From contig JAACDL010000171.1 of the NCBI GenBank assembly GCA_009936765.1, positions 1 through 33,726 of the forward strand: a stretch of DNA of 33,726 nucleotides, in the 5' to 3' direction. Numbering within the stretch: the stretch's first letter is position 1; every line of letters begins with the position of its first letter. The position numbers and the translations under genes were made by a program. Shown one piece after another: positions 18,083 through 27,170 of this stretch. This DNA is from Methanobacteriota archaeon (GTDB lineage Archaea > Thermoplasmatota > Poseidoniia > Poseidoniales > Poseidoniaceae). The notes beneath the pieces were generated by a model. The model was not told the origin of the DNA. It searched no databases and saw nothing but the letters and a program-made list of their open reading frames with translations.

Positions 18083-20050
18083 TCAGAATCTCCGATCAAG
18101 TTCGTTGAAGATTGCAACAACTTGGTGATGGTTAGCAACTTTGCCATTGAACATGTTAGGAATTTTACCAATTCCTGCAGGAGGAACAAGCATTCCTTGG
18201 AAACCTCTCATTAGAGGACCGCCGTTTCTAGTAAATCCTAGCATCATCCTTAACGAAACACCATTCATTATGTTGGAACCAAGACCTAGAGGTCCTAGAA
18301 CCGAGCGATATAGTGTCGTTTCATTCACATTCCCGGACATCTTTACAGAACGTGAGTAGGCCTTGACCAATCTACCACTCTTACCTGAGAACTTGAATTC
18401 TGCAAGCAGTCTTGCTCTTGCTGCATAGAGGGAATCTGCAGCCTGTGAACCATCAATTCCATGCCTGTTGATAGATGAAATATCTGCTTCATCCCAAACT
18501 CCACCTTTCCCTTGCATTAAGCCAAACATCTTCTTGACGTGAGAATCTCCTGAGCGAGGGTCTTGGCTTCTGACCCATCTTTGCAAAGCAATTCCTGGAC
18601 CAGAATATACGTTGTCAACATCATAGGTGTCTGACATTGCATTGATCAATTGGAGTGAGCCAACATCCGCTAAAGCATGAAGTGAAGTTGCATCTGCAGA
18701 GTTCATAACTCCCATTGGAGCGCCGCTTGCTAGTCTTTCACCCTGACGAGGATCAGCTTCTAACCATGGCTTTGAATCTACACGTGCTATGTCATAGCGG
18801 TCGTAAGAAACCATCAAATCCTTTAGAACTTCATATCCAGGGACTGGTTCAACTGTTAGTGTACTACCATTGCCTACCAAATCGCAAATCCTTGTTGTGT
18901 CAGCAGGTACGATTCTACCATTTGCTTTAACTCCAGTAAGAGGGTTCATTCCAGCAATATTACCACTGCGGAAAGTTAGAGAGCCATCTGCCTCTCTCTT
19001 TACTGCAACTAATGCATCTTCAATAGTCGCATGCCCTGGCAATGCCACTGCAATAGTATCGTATCCCGATTGAGCCATAATTGGGTCGTATCTGAATATG
19101 CGCATAGTCAGTGAGATTGGAGCATGGAGAATACTTGGAGGACTGAAGTCTCCTTCATCCGCACCATCATCTTCATCGCCTGCTCCATAAGCAGTCATTG
19201 CTTCAACCAGATCTTCATGGAACACTCCAGTTGAATCGACACAAGCGATTCTAGGAAGAACTTCTGCTACCCACTGGCTCCAAGGCTCATCGAAATCAAC
19301 ATCGCACATTTTCATTGCAACTATTCTAGTTGCACCGAGTGCTGCAAACTTCTCATCCCAATCCTCTCCTGCTTTACAGAATTCATCGTAAGATGAGTCA
19401 CCGATTGCGCAAACCGAATAGTGAACGCCAGATAGGGAAGGATTGGATGCACTTGTAGCGTTCCAAAGTTCTTCAGCATTATCTGGCATCTCGCCTTCTC
19501 CCCAGGTGGAGGTGATTATGAGGATTCTCTTGTGTGATGCAAATTTTGACTGGTCGTAAGCATCCATGTCGATTACAGTTGGTTCCAAACCATAAGCAAC
19601 TGCAAGCTTAGCCGTTTTCTCAGCCAGACCTGCTGCATTTCCGGTTTGTGAACCGAAGAATATTGCTAGGCTACGGTCTCCTGAAAGAACACCGGCTAGA
19701 ACGCCCGCATCAGAACCAACATCAGCGACTGCTACAGGAACTGCTGCAACTTCAGCGGCAGGTGCAACTTCTTCAGCAACTGCTTCTGCAACTCCGCCTT
19801 CGTACTCGAATTTGATAATCTCAACCGGACAAGCATCTGCTGCTTCTTCAATCAATTCAGAATATTCTGCGCGGAACTCGTTTTTAATCGAAGAAAATCC
19901 GATGTTGCGATCGAATGAACCATCTTCACGAACATCCGCTTTGATGTAACTTGTATCGTCAGTTACCTCAAAAACTTCTGGCAAAATATCCTGACATGCA
20001 TCACAAGTGATGCAATCTTCCTCGATCCAGACCTTAGCGACGGTTGGCAT
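18083..20050 (-). CDS. Fusion of [4Fe-4S] ferredoxin, flavodoxin, and a Cys-less SdhB/FrdB-like domain with HdrC-like tail
   Basis: CITCDAC...ACPV; FFGSQTGNA, TSTWGEGEMPDNA, AIGDSSYDEFC; RIFRYDP, LTFRS, VEPVPGYEVLKDLMV, KPWL, YSGP, DPRS, GVW; SVKMSGNVNE. AGGTGA SD. Confidence 0.85.
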   Translation of the reverse strand: MPTVAKVWIEEDCITCDACQDILPEVFEVTDDTSYIKADVREDGSFDRNIGFSSIKNEFRAEYSELIEEAADACPVEIIKFEYEGGVAEAVAEEVAPAAEVAAVPVAVADVGSDAGVLAGVLSGDRSLAIFFGSQTGNAAGLAEKTAKLAVAYGLEPTVIDMDAYDQSKFASHKRILIITSTWGEGEMPDNAEELWNATSASNPSLSGVHYSVCAIGDSSYDEFCKAGEDWDEKFAALGATRIVAMKMCDVDFDEPWSQWVAEVLPRIACVDSTGVFHEDLVEAMTAYGAGDEDDGADEGDFSPPSILHAPISLTMRIFRYDPIMAQSGYDTIAVALPGHATIEDALVAVKREADGSLTFRSGNIAGMNPLTGVKANGRIVPADTTRICDLVGNGSTLTVEPVPGYEVLKDLMVSYDRYDIARVDSKPWLEADPRQGERLASGAPMGVMNSADATSLHALADVGSLQLINAMSDTYDVDNVYSGPGIALQRWVRSQDPRSGDSHVKKMFGLMQGKGGVWDEADISSINRHGIDGSQAADSLYAARARLLAEFKFSGKSGRLVKAYSRSVKMSGNVNETTLYRSVLGPLGLGSNIMNGVSLRMMLGFTRNGGPLMRGFQGMLVPPAGIGKIPNMFNGKVANHHQVVAIFNELDRRF

Positions 20051-20115
20051 GAGTTCACCTTATGCTCACACTGAGCAATACATTCCACTAGGGCGTAGTC
20101 TTTGAAGGTTCCTTG

Positions 20116-20135
20116 CCTCTCCCTAAAGGGAGAGG
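20116..20135. repeat. Perfect inverted repeat CCTCTCCC-TAAA-GGGAGAGG (terminator-like hairpin or operator)
   Basis: 8-bp perfect stem 30 nt past the thermosome stop and just upstream of a CTTCAAA TATA-like box (20101-20107, - strand) of the redox genes. Confidence 0.6.
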
Positions 20136-20165
20136 TCTATACTGTCAAAATTAATTGAGCCGACA

Positions 20166-21788
20166 TCACATGTGGAAGTCGTCCATTCCACCCATCATAT
20201 CGCCGCCAGATACTCCCTTTGAAGATATGACATCATCGATACGTAGAATCATAATCGCTGTTTCTGTTGCAGACTGAATCGCCTGTTCGACAACTCTCTG
20301 AGGCTCTAAAACATTAGCCTCAAACATGTCCATCACTCCACCCTCTTCAACATTGATTCCAGAGTGTACTTTACCATCTGCGTGAGACTTCCTCAATTCG
20401 ATGATTGTTGTAACCGGATCTAAACCTGCATTTTCTGCAAGAGTTCTAGGAATAATTTCTAGTGCACTAGCGAATGCTTCGATTGCCATTTGTTCGCGTC
20501 CGCCAATAGATTCAGCGTAAGCACGTAAGTCACGCGATAGTGCTGCAAGCACACTTCCGCCACCAGTAAGAACAGCGCCATCTTCCCATGCTACAGAAAC
20601 TACTCCAACCGCATCGTCAAATGCTCTACGGATTTCATCAACAACGTGTTCAGTTCCACCACGAAGTAGAACAGATACGGACTTTGCTTCAGGGCATCCT
20701 GTAATGAAGGTCATATCCGACTCACCAATCTTACGCTCTTCGACTTTGGCTGCTGCGCCAAGGTCTTCATGAGTCAAGTCGTCAATGTTGGTTACAACAC
20801 GACCGCCTGTGGCTTTTGAAAGTGCTTCCATGTCACTCTTCTTGGCACGTCGTATTGCGAATATTCCTGCTTTGGACATGTAGTGTTGAGCGAGGTCATC
20901 AATTCCTTTCTGACACACGATAGCATTTGCACCACTTGCGATGATCTTTTCTACCAATCCTCTAATGTAATTCTCCTCTTCTTCTAGGAAAGATGCTAGC
21001 ATTGAAGGGTCTGTAATCTGGATTTTCGCATCAACCTCTGTCTTCTTGACTTCAATTGCGCTGTTAATCAATGCAATCTTAGCACCTGAAATTGAGCGTG
21101 GCATACCTGCATGAACTCTCTCCTTATCGAGAATAATTCCATCAACTAAAGAGCTGTCCTTGATTGAACCACCCTGGCGCTTCTCAACTTTGATATCTGA
21201 CAAATCAACCATTCTTTCTCCATCTTCGATGGTACCAACTGAATTGACTGCTCTAACACAAATGTCTGCTAAGAATGACTTAACAGCACCTGCAGATTTA
21301 CCAGTAAGAGAAGTTTTGGCAACTTCCATTAGCACAGCATCATCATTCTTGGTTGAAATACCGTGAGATTCAAGGCAACCAACTGCTTTTTCCGCAGCAA
21401 GTCTGAACCCTTCACAGATGACAGTAGGATGTACATTCTGATCGATAAGATCTTCCGACCTTTTCAATAGTTCACCAGAAAGAACGACCGCTGATGTAGT
21501 GCCATCATAGCAATGCTGTTCCTGGGTTTTAGCTACTTCGATAATCATCTTAGCAGCAGGATGTTCGATGTCCATTTCTTTCAGAATCGTAGCACCGTCG
21601 TTTGTGATAACTACATCACCCATGCTGTCAACTAACATTTTGTCCATGCCTTTTGGTCCAAGAGTGCTACGAACAGCATCTGCTACAGCCTTGGCTGCTG
21701 CGATGTTGTTTGATTGAGCACTACGGCCACGAGTTCTTTGAACTCCATCTTTTAGAATGAATATCGGTGCTTGTCCATTTCCGTACAT
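20166..21788 (-). CDS. ths: Thermosome subunit (group II chaperonin)
   Basis: [52 protein letters not shown]-rich tail. Confidence 0.98.
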   Translation of the reverse strand: MYGNGQAPIFILKDGVQRTRGRSAQSNNIAAAKAVADAVRSTLGPKGMDKMLVDSMGDVVITNDGATILKEMDIEHPAAKMIIEVAKTQEQHCYDGTTSAVVLSGELLKRSEDLIDQNVHPTVICEGFRLAAEKAVGCLESHGISTKNDDAVLMEVAKTSLTGKSAGAVKSFLADICVRAVNSVGTIEDGERMVDLSDIKVEKRQGGSIKDSSLVDGIILDKERVHAGMPRSISGAKIALINSAIEVKKTEVDAKIQITDPSMLASFLEEEENYIRGLVEKIIASGANAIVCQKGIDDLAQHYMSKAGIFAIRRAKKSDMEALSKATGGRVVTNIDDLTHEDLGAAAKVEERKIGESDMTFITGCPEAKSVSVLLRGGTEHVVDEIRRAFDDAVGVVSVAWEDGAVLTGGGSVLAALSRDLRAYAESIGGREQMAIEAFASALEIIPRTLAENAGLDPVTTIIELRKSHADGKVHSGINVEEGGVMDMFEANVLEPQRVVEQAIQSATETAIMILRIDDVISSKGVSGGDMMGGMDDFHM

Positions 21789-21851
21789 ATACAATACCTC
21801 TGCAGTTCATCGGCACGAGGGGTATGACTTCAACCCATCGTCGAATCAGTT

Positions 21852-24800
21852 TCACATTTGGTTGTCAAGCCATTGCTGACCATAGTGACCCCATTGCTCC
21901 ATCGTCCAGCCCTCTGGAAGGCCTGCTGCGGGCACAGGAGGTCCAGTTTGAACCTCCGGTGTTTGAGCAATTTGTGGAGGAGGAGCTATCTCTGGGACTG
22001 ATTTTTCCATGGAGCCAATTGATGGAGCCGATGCGACTGCGCCGTATGTCGCAGAAAGGTTGTCTTCATACCCATCATCGTTCCAATCTTGTTCTTCTTC
22101 CTCTTCGCCATTGATTACAATTAGTAATACTCCAAGTAAAGTAATAATTAGAGCACCTCCGACTACCCATATTCCAATTCCAACCCAATCCCATGAGTCT
22201 GAACCAGATGATGCTGAATCACTGCTGCTTCCAGATGTGCTCTTTAGAGTGACAGATAGTTCCAGTGAGGCTGCGTCTTCAACAGAATTAGAAATCGCCC
22301 ATATCTTGACATTTGTTTCGATGAAATCATCATCAAGGGTCTCTAGAGTTGAACTCTGAACCTCGAATACAATGGTGACCTCTCTCTCACCTTCAACTTC
22401 AAGCCAGAAATCACGGTCAGTGGATTTAACTCCAGCACTGTACCAACGATTAGTTCCTTGTTGGTCCATTGACATGGATACAGATTGGCCTTCAGTATAC
22501 TGATTTCGAACACGTACTACTACCTCATAACGACCTTCTTCATCAATAATTGTAGATTCGGTTGAAATGATACGAAGCCAATTCTGTGAACCTACTCTGT
22601 ATGTACACTTACCATCAGAGGAAACTGTGTCATCATTTACACTGGTTGCGATGACCTTCAGAATTAATTGGCCATTGGTGTCATCATCGAAAGTGAAAGT
22701 TACTGTAACGTTGTATGAGGCACCAGGCTCTAACTGTGGAGTGATATCCCCTTCGATTAGTTGTTCGAATTCAGCATTCATTCCTTCAGGGACATCCAAT
22801 GACATAGTAAAACGATCAGGCTTATTCCCGTCGTTCGTAACTTCCAAGCGCATTGACTGTGAGTCGTCACCAGGTATGTATGATTGGTCGGCGTCTTCAT
22901 CTGACACAGAAACTGCTGCGGTGTCTGTAACATCGACATTGATTGTTATCTGCTCCATAACTGTTGGATCATCCAAACTTGTAGCGGTGACACGGGCCGT
23001 GTAGAGCCCAGGTGACAAACCAACAGGCATAGGAAGATTTAGAGCAATGCTAGTCTCTCCATCCCATGCATCGAGAATTGGAGTTTCGTCTGCTGAAAGA
23101 TATGCTTCTAGTCTCCAATTTGATTGTACAAGGTTTAGAGAATATGCCTCATCATCATTACCTAGATTCAATATGTCTATGTAGACGACTCGAGAGTTGC
23201 CATTCGCTGCTGCCTCGATCTCTAACTCCTCAGCGCTCATTGTAAATTCTCTAAGAACTGGAACTTCAATCTTCTTTGAAATCACATCATTACCGAATAA
23301 AGACTGGCCGCATGAAGGGCAAACTGCTCTAAGAGAGAATGGAACATCACCAGGTAGTTCATCATAAGGTGCTGTTACATTCAGAAGTAATTGAACTTCC
23401 TCGCCTTTGTCTAGAGGCATAGGCATCTGGACAATACTATGATTCAAGTCTGTTACGAACGAGACCCATTCCGTATTTTGGAAATTCGATGTGATGGTGT
23501 ATCCTGCTTCCCTGTTTCCAGCATTCTGTAATTTGAATGGAATGTCAGTGGTTTCTCCAGGGAGTAATGATGCTGCGAGTAGTGGAGCTGTTGATGATAG
23601 ATGCACACCATATTGCTCAGTAATTGCAATATCAGAAGTTACTCTTCCTAATTCTCCTAATTGAGTACCACCAGCATCTTCCCACCAGACTTGCCAAACT
23701 TGCTGTTGAACATCTGCACCTGCTGGTATTGATAGGTTAATCCACATTTCAGAAGTATTGCCTCCAGGAATGACAGGTAGAACAACGTTGGTTCCGTGCT
23801 GTGTTGGATTGTCACTGTCAATTCTAATCATTGGAAGGCTAGGGTTCATCCAAGTTGTGTTTGAAACATTTGATTGTAGACGCACCTGTGCGCCCATGTA
23901 ACCGTTGTTTGTGATAGTACAAAACATTGGAATGATTGTGTTAGGTGGTGTTGTATAACCACCTGTTGGGTCATCACATTCTACATCCAAAGTAAATTCG
24001 CTTACCTTTTCGATACCAAACATCACGAAGTCATCAACATGCATTCCACTTGAAGCACCTGAGCCATCTGACTGGAACAATATTCCGTAAGACCATGAAT
24101 GGCCTCCTAACTGATCTGTTGGATCCCAAGAGATGCTACTCCAAGAACCGGGAGTAGTGCTTGGGATATCTTCGACAAAGTTGTGATAGATCGTGCTTTC
24201 AGGAGCACCGTTTCCTCTCCACAATTCCAGAGCGACCATGTCTCCAGCACCCATCTGCCCCCAGGTTTGAACGTGCATTTGAGCCGAGACTAAACCTGCA
24301 GAGTTGAGTTGCACTTTGCACATCCACTGGATGTATTGTTGAGAAAGACCCCCATCCAATGATGCTCCATATCCACAATTACTGTCTGCGCCACGGAAAG
24401 CGAATACTAGGCGGCTACGAGATGCTGATGGGTAATCTGAACCGGAGTTTGAATGACGCCAGTTGGCAGACCCTACTGCTGAAGTAGAACCATCTTCTTG
24501 CCAGATTCCAATACCGTTAGCATCACTACCATCGATTGGATATTCGCCACCATAAAATGTAGACTTTGATGCGGCAGGAAGAGCTTGGTCACGAGGATCT
24601 CCTTCTGCATCCATGTCATCTTGAGCTAATGCAACAGGAAGTGATTTTTCCATAACATCGTTTTCATTTCTATCATCTGCAGAGTTGAAAACTGTTGCTC
24701 GAATGATTATTCCACCAGACAATTCATTGGTTGAAACATCCAGAGAGGAATGAGCAACACTTGCGGTGTATGTGAAGGAATCGATGTGCGATTGTCCACC

Positions 24801-25154
24801 GAGCATAGGAACTGTTTCCCAAGAAGTTGAATTCATTATGAATCCAATTGGATGAACCATGTCAACAAAAACCGTCGAACTGGAACCAGTTAGAGCTCCA
24901 CCTCCACGCTTTACTTCGACCGAGATGTCGACAATGTCACCTTTTGCAACATAGACTACTACGCTGCCATCAGGTTGCACCCAATGGTTGGCCTCTGAAG
25001 AATTAACCATGATTTCTGCAACTGAAAAGTCATCAGAAGAGCCACCCCTACCGGAGGTTGCTTCCACATTAGATGTGGATAATAGCAAAACGGATTGCAT
25101 GAGAAGAATGGTCACCAATAGGAATGGTATCGACTTGCGCATGTGCATCAACAT
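21852..25154 (-). CDS. Large secreted, C-terminally membrane-anchored surface protein with tandem Ig-like (CARDB/NEW3-type) domains
   Basis: Signal peptide; repeated (I/L/V)xNxGN..D/E.Y/F.(L/I/M) units (ITNNGY, LQNAGNREAGY, ILNLGNDDEAY, VTNDGNKPDRF, VRNQY); Ser-rich linker, TM helix, acidic and Pro-rich tail ending GLPEGWTMEQWGHYGQQWL. Confidence 0.85.
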   Translation of the reverse strand: MLMHMRKSIPFLLVTILLMQSVLLLSTSNVEATSGRGGSSDDFSVAEIMVNSSEANHWVQPDGSVVVYVAKGDIVDISVEVKRGGGALTGSSSTVFVDMVHPIGFIMNSTSWETVPMLGGQSHIDSFTYTASVAHSSLDVSTNELSGGIIIRATVFNSADDRNENDVMEKSLPVALAQDDMDAEGDPRDQALPAASKSTFYGGEYPIDGSDANGIGIWQEDGSTSAVGSANWRHSNSGSDYPSASRSRLVFAFRGADSNCGYGASLDGGLSQQYIQWMCKVQLNSAGLVSAQMHVQTWGQMGAGDMVALELWRGNGAPESTIYHNFVEDIPSTTPGSWSSISWDPTDQLGGHSWSYGILFQSDGSGASSGMHVDDFVMFGIEKVSEFTLDVECDDPTGGYTTPPNTIIPMFCTITNNGYMGAQVRLQSNVSNTTWMNPSLPMIRIDSDNPTQHGTNVVLPVIPGGNTSEMWINLSIPAGADVQQQVWQVWWEDAGGTQLGELGRVTSDIAITEQYGVHLSSTAPLLAASLLPGETTDIPFKLQNAGNREAGYTITSNFQNTEWVSFVTDLNHSIVQMPMPLDKGEEVQLLLNVTAPYDELPGDVPFSLRAVCPSCGQSLFGNDVISKKIEVPVLREFTMSAEELEIEAAANGNSRVVYIDILNLGNDDEAYSLNLVQSNWRLEAYLSADETPILDAWDGETSIALNLPMPVGLSPGLYTARVTATSLDDPTVMEQITINVDVTDTAAVSVSDEDADQSYIPGDDSQSMRLEVTNDGNKPDRFTMSLDVPEGMNAEFEQLIEGDITPQLEPGASYNVTVTFTFDDDTNGQLILKVIATSVNDDTVSSDGKCTYRVGSQNWLRIISTESTIIDEEGRYEVVVRVRNQYTEGQSVSMSMDQQGTNRWYSAGVKSTDRDFWLEVEGEREVTIVFEVQSSTLETLDDDFIETNVKIWAISNSVEDAASLELSVTLKSTSGSSSDSASSGSDSWDWVGIGIWVVGGALIITLLGVLLIVINGEEEEEQDWNDDGYEDNLSATYGAVASAPSIGSMEKSVPEIAPPPQIAQTPEVQTGPPVPAAGLPEGWTMEQWGHYGQQWLDNQM

Positions 25155-25180
25155 CCATGCGACTATAGTGTGGCATATGA

Positions 25181-25211
25181 ATGTCCCCGTCTCATGTCCC
25201 CGTAGGGGACA
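25181..25211. promoter_or_regulatory. Direct plus inverted TGTCCCC repeats in a divergent promoter (candidate operator)
   Basis: ATGTCCCCGT at 25181-25190 and 25194-25203; inverted repeat TGTCCCC-GTA-GGGGACA at 25195-25211. Confidence 0.45.
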
Positions 25212-25304
25212 GAAGGTATGGTAGATTCAAAGAACCCTTTTAATCGCCTTCAAAGGGTCGACATGAAGGGCAACCTTTGAGAAAGTAAAGATTCGCGCTG
25301 TACC

Positions 25305-26579
25305 GTGGGTGAGTACTCGAACAAAGGGCCGATGGCCGCTCGCATCTGGCTCACAGGGCTGGTTTTCTGCCAGATATTTCTTACTCCAATGGCTGCGTTT
25401 TCAATCACATATCTGATAAACTTCGAACTCGCTTCTGAAAACTTCACAATGTCATTTCAATCAGAGATGATTCCTTGGATAATTGCCGCTTCTCTCGCTT
25501 ATGGAATGCTAGCCCTCTTGCTAGCACTATTGTTTGGCGGATTTACGCCGATTTCAGTAGTTGAGAAGGGTGGTTGGAAAGCGGCATTTGGCCTGACAAG
25601 AGCGAAAAGAGATGCTGCAAGTCTTCGTAATTCAAGAAGAAACCATGCAAGATCTCCTCATGCCAAATTAACAGTCATGGTTAACGACAGAATAACCAAG
25701 AAGCACTCATTACTTTCAACTCATGGAGGACTAGTCTTACTTGCAATACCTTTCCAGTTGATGTTGGTCATAATACCTCTCGGTTTTGTAATATTTATAC
25801 CCGAAGAATGGGTTCAAGCAAATAGAAGATTAGAGGTTGCTATGGCCTGCTACCTGATTGTTCTCATAATGGTCATGAGAGTATTTCCAAAATTCGCTCG
25901 CAAGCACATAACTATTGCAGCATTCACAAGACGTTGGCTAATTTCAATGACTAAATTGTCATGGTTAGCACCGGTACTTGTACTGTGGCTAATGGGCCGA
26001 CTTGCGAGTGTGATAGTACTCTCCTGGATTGGGGCTGACTTATCCAGCAACTTACAATTAGAACAGTCCTTCATGGAAGACTTACTCAGAATAGGAAGTG
26101 TTCCCGAAACCTCTTTCCTCGATCTGTTAACAGCGCTAGCAGTAATGCCATTAGCGGCATTTACCACTCTGGCATGCCTGGGTGGAGGCTCAGGGACTCC
26201 GCCAGAATGGATGCGAATTGGTGACGAAGTTGAAATCAAATCCCCAGAACAAGAAGGAGACGGAGGAGCATTAGTCGCAACTGGCCGAGTAATTGGAGCC
26301 GTTGCTGGCGCTGCTGTTGGAGTAGGAATTGGGCTTGCAGCTACTGCTGCATCAGGTATAGCAGCAAAAACGCATAGTGCGGGTACAACCGCAATTGCTG
26401 CTGCGAACTCTGCGCCTCAGGCCATGAGTAGTAGCATGGATGCAGTTTCAACTACAGAGGATGCCTTCTCCTTCGTAGATAAAAACAATATTATCACAGA
26501 AGCACCTCAAAATATAGAAACTGGAGGCGTCGAAGATGAGCCTTCTGAATTCGAAGGCTTTGGCTCTATGTTTGACTGA
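25305..26579 (+). CDS. Multi-pass membrane protein of unknown function
   Basis: 424-aa ORF with about 6-7 hydrophobic segments, a Gly/Ala-rich segment and an acidic tail; TTTTAA box at ~25238; GTG start uncertain. Confidence 0.8.
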   Translation: MGEYSNKGPMAARIWLTGLVFCQIFLTPMAAFSITYLINFELASENFTMSFQSEMIPWIIAASLAYGMLALLLALLFGGFTPISVVEKGGWKAAFGLTRAKRDAASLRNSRRNHARSPHAKLTVMVNDRITKKHSLLSTHGGLVLLAIPFQLMLVIIPLGFVIFIPEEWVQANRRLEVAMACYLIVLIMVMRVFPKFARKHITIAAFTRRWLISMTKLSWLAPVLVLWLMGRLASVIVLSWIGADLSSNLQLEQSFMEDLLRIGSVPETSFLDLLTALAVMPLAAFTTLACLGGGSGTPPEWMRIGDEVEIKSPEQEGDGGALVATGRVIGAVAGAAVGVGIGLAATAASGIAAKTHSAGTTAIAAANSAPQAMSSSMDAVSTTEDAFSFVDKNNIITEAPQNIETGGVEDEPSEFEGFGSMFD

Positions 26580-27170
26580 TTATTCCTCTTCGCTAGCCAC
26601 AATAGGCCGGCCATCAGTAATCATGAGGCGTACGAACCCCATAATCCAACCATCACTTCGTGGACGACCTAGATCAGGCCTAGGTTTATTCAGAAGATTG
26701 GAACCACAATTAGTACATCTAACTGCAGTCACTTGCCATACTGGATAAGGAAGGTTACAGCAGGACTCATCCGAATCGGCTCTATTTCTGACCAATTGTA
26801 GATTCATTGCTAACTGTTTTGTCCAGTTCGCTTCTTCACCTGCCAAAAATCCAGTCAATCGAGATAGAATTAACCATCCTGAAACAGACCACATCCCAAA
26901 TCCTATTGCTGCTGACCCGTATGACATACTGAACCAACCAAATACGAGAGGGATTAATGCAAAAACGATTGATAACCAATGGAAAAACCGCATGTGCATT
27001 ACTCTTTGAATTAAGTGGGCATCAACGTAAACGGCTTCTGGATGAGGAGGGAATTGCTCATTCCAAGTCTTCAGACGAGGGAACGTCAAAAATGGCACTC
27101 TAGTAATCATATGTGCTGTTACAGCACCGATTAAAAATTCAATGAACTCCGCCCACATTTCACTCGCCAC
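26580..27170 (-). CDS. Membrane protein with C-terminal Cys cluster (CC...CxxC, possible Zn ribbon), unknown function
   Basis: About 3 hydrophobic segments; SCCNLP..RCTNCG; overlaps the aminotransferase stop. Confidence 0.8.
   Translation of the reverse strand: MASEMWAEFIEFLIGAVTAHMITRVPFLTFPRLKTWNEQFPPHPEAVYVDAHLIQRVMHMRFFHWLSIVFALIPLVFGWFSMSYGSAAIGFGMWSVSGWLILSRLTGFLAGEEANWTKQLAMNLQLVRNRADSDESCCNLPYPVWQVTAVRCTNCGSNLLNKPRPDLGRPRSDGWIMGFVRLMITDGRPIVASEEE

Noticed and set aside
17213-20050. Calling the Cys-less redox genes pseudogenes or selenoproteins
   Set aside because: Frames are full length with SD sites and no in-frame TGA; ligand positions are replaced by ordinary residues
20060-20082. 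IRE-like CAGUGU hairpin in the 5' UTR of the flavodoxin fusion
   Set aside because: Stem register is off by one from the canonical CAGUGN hexaloop and there is no bulged C five pairs below; kept only as a generic palindrome
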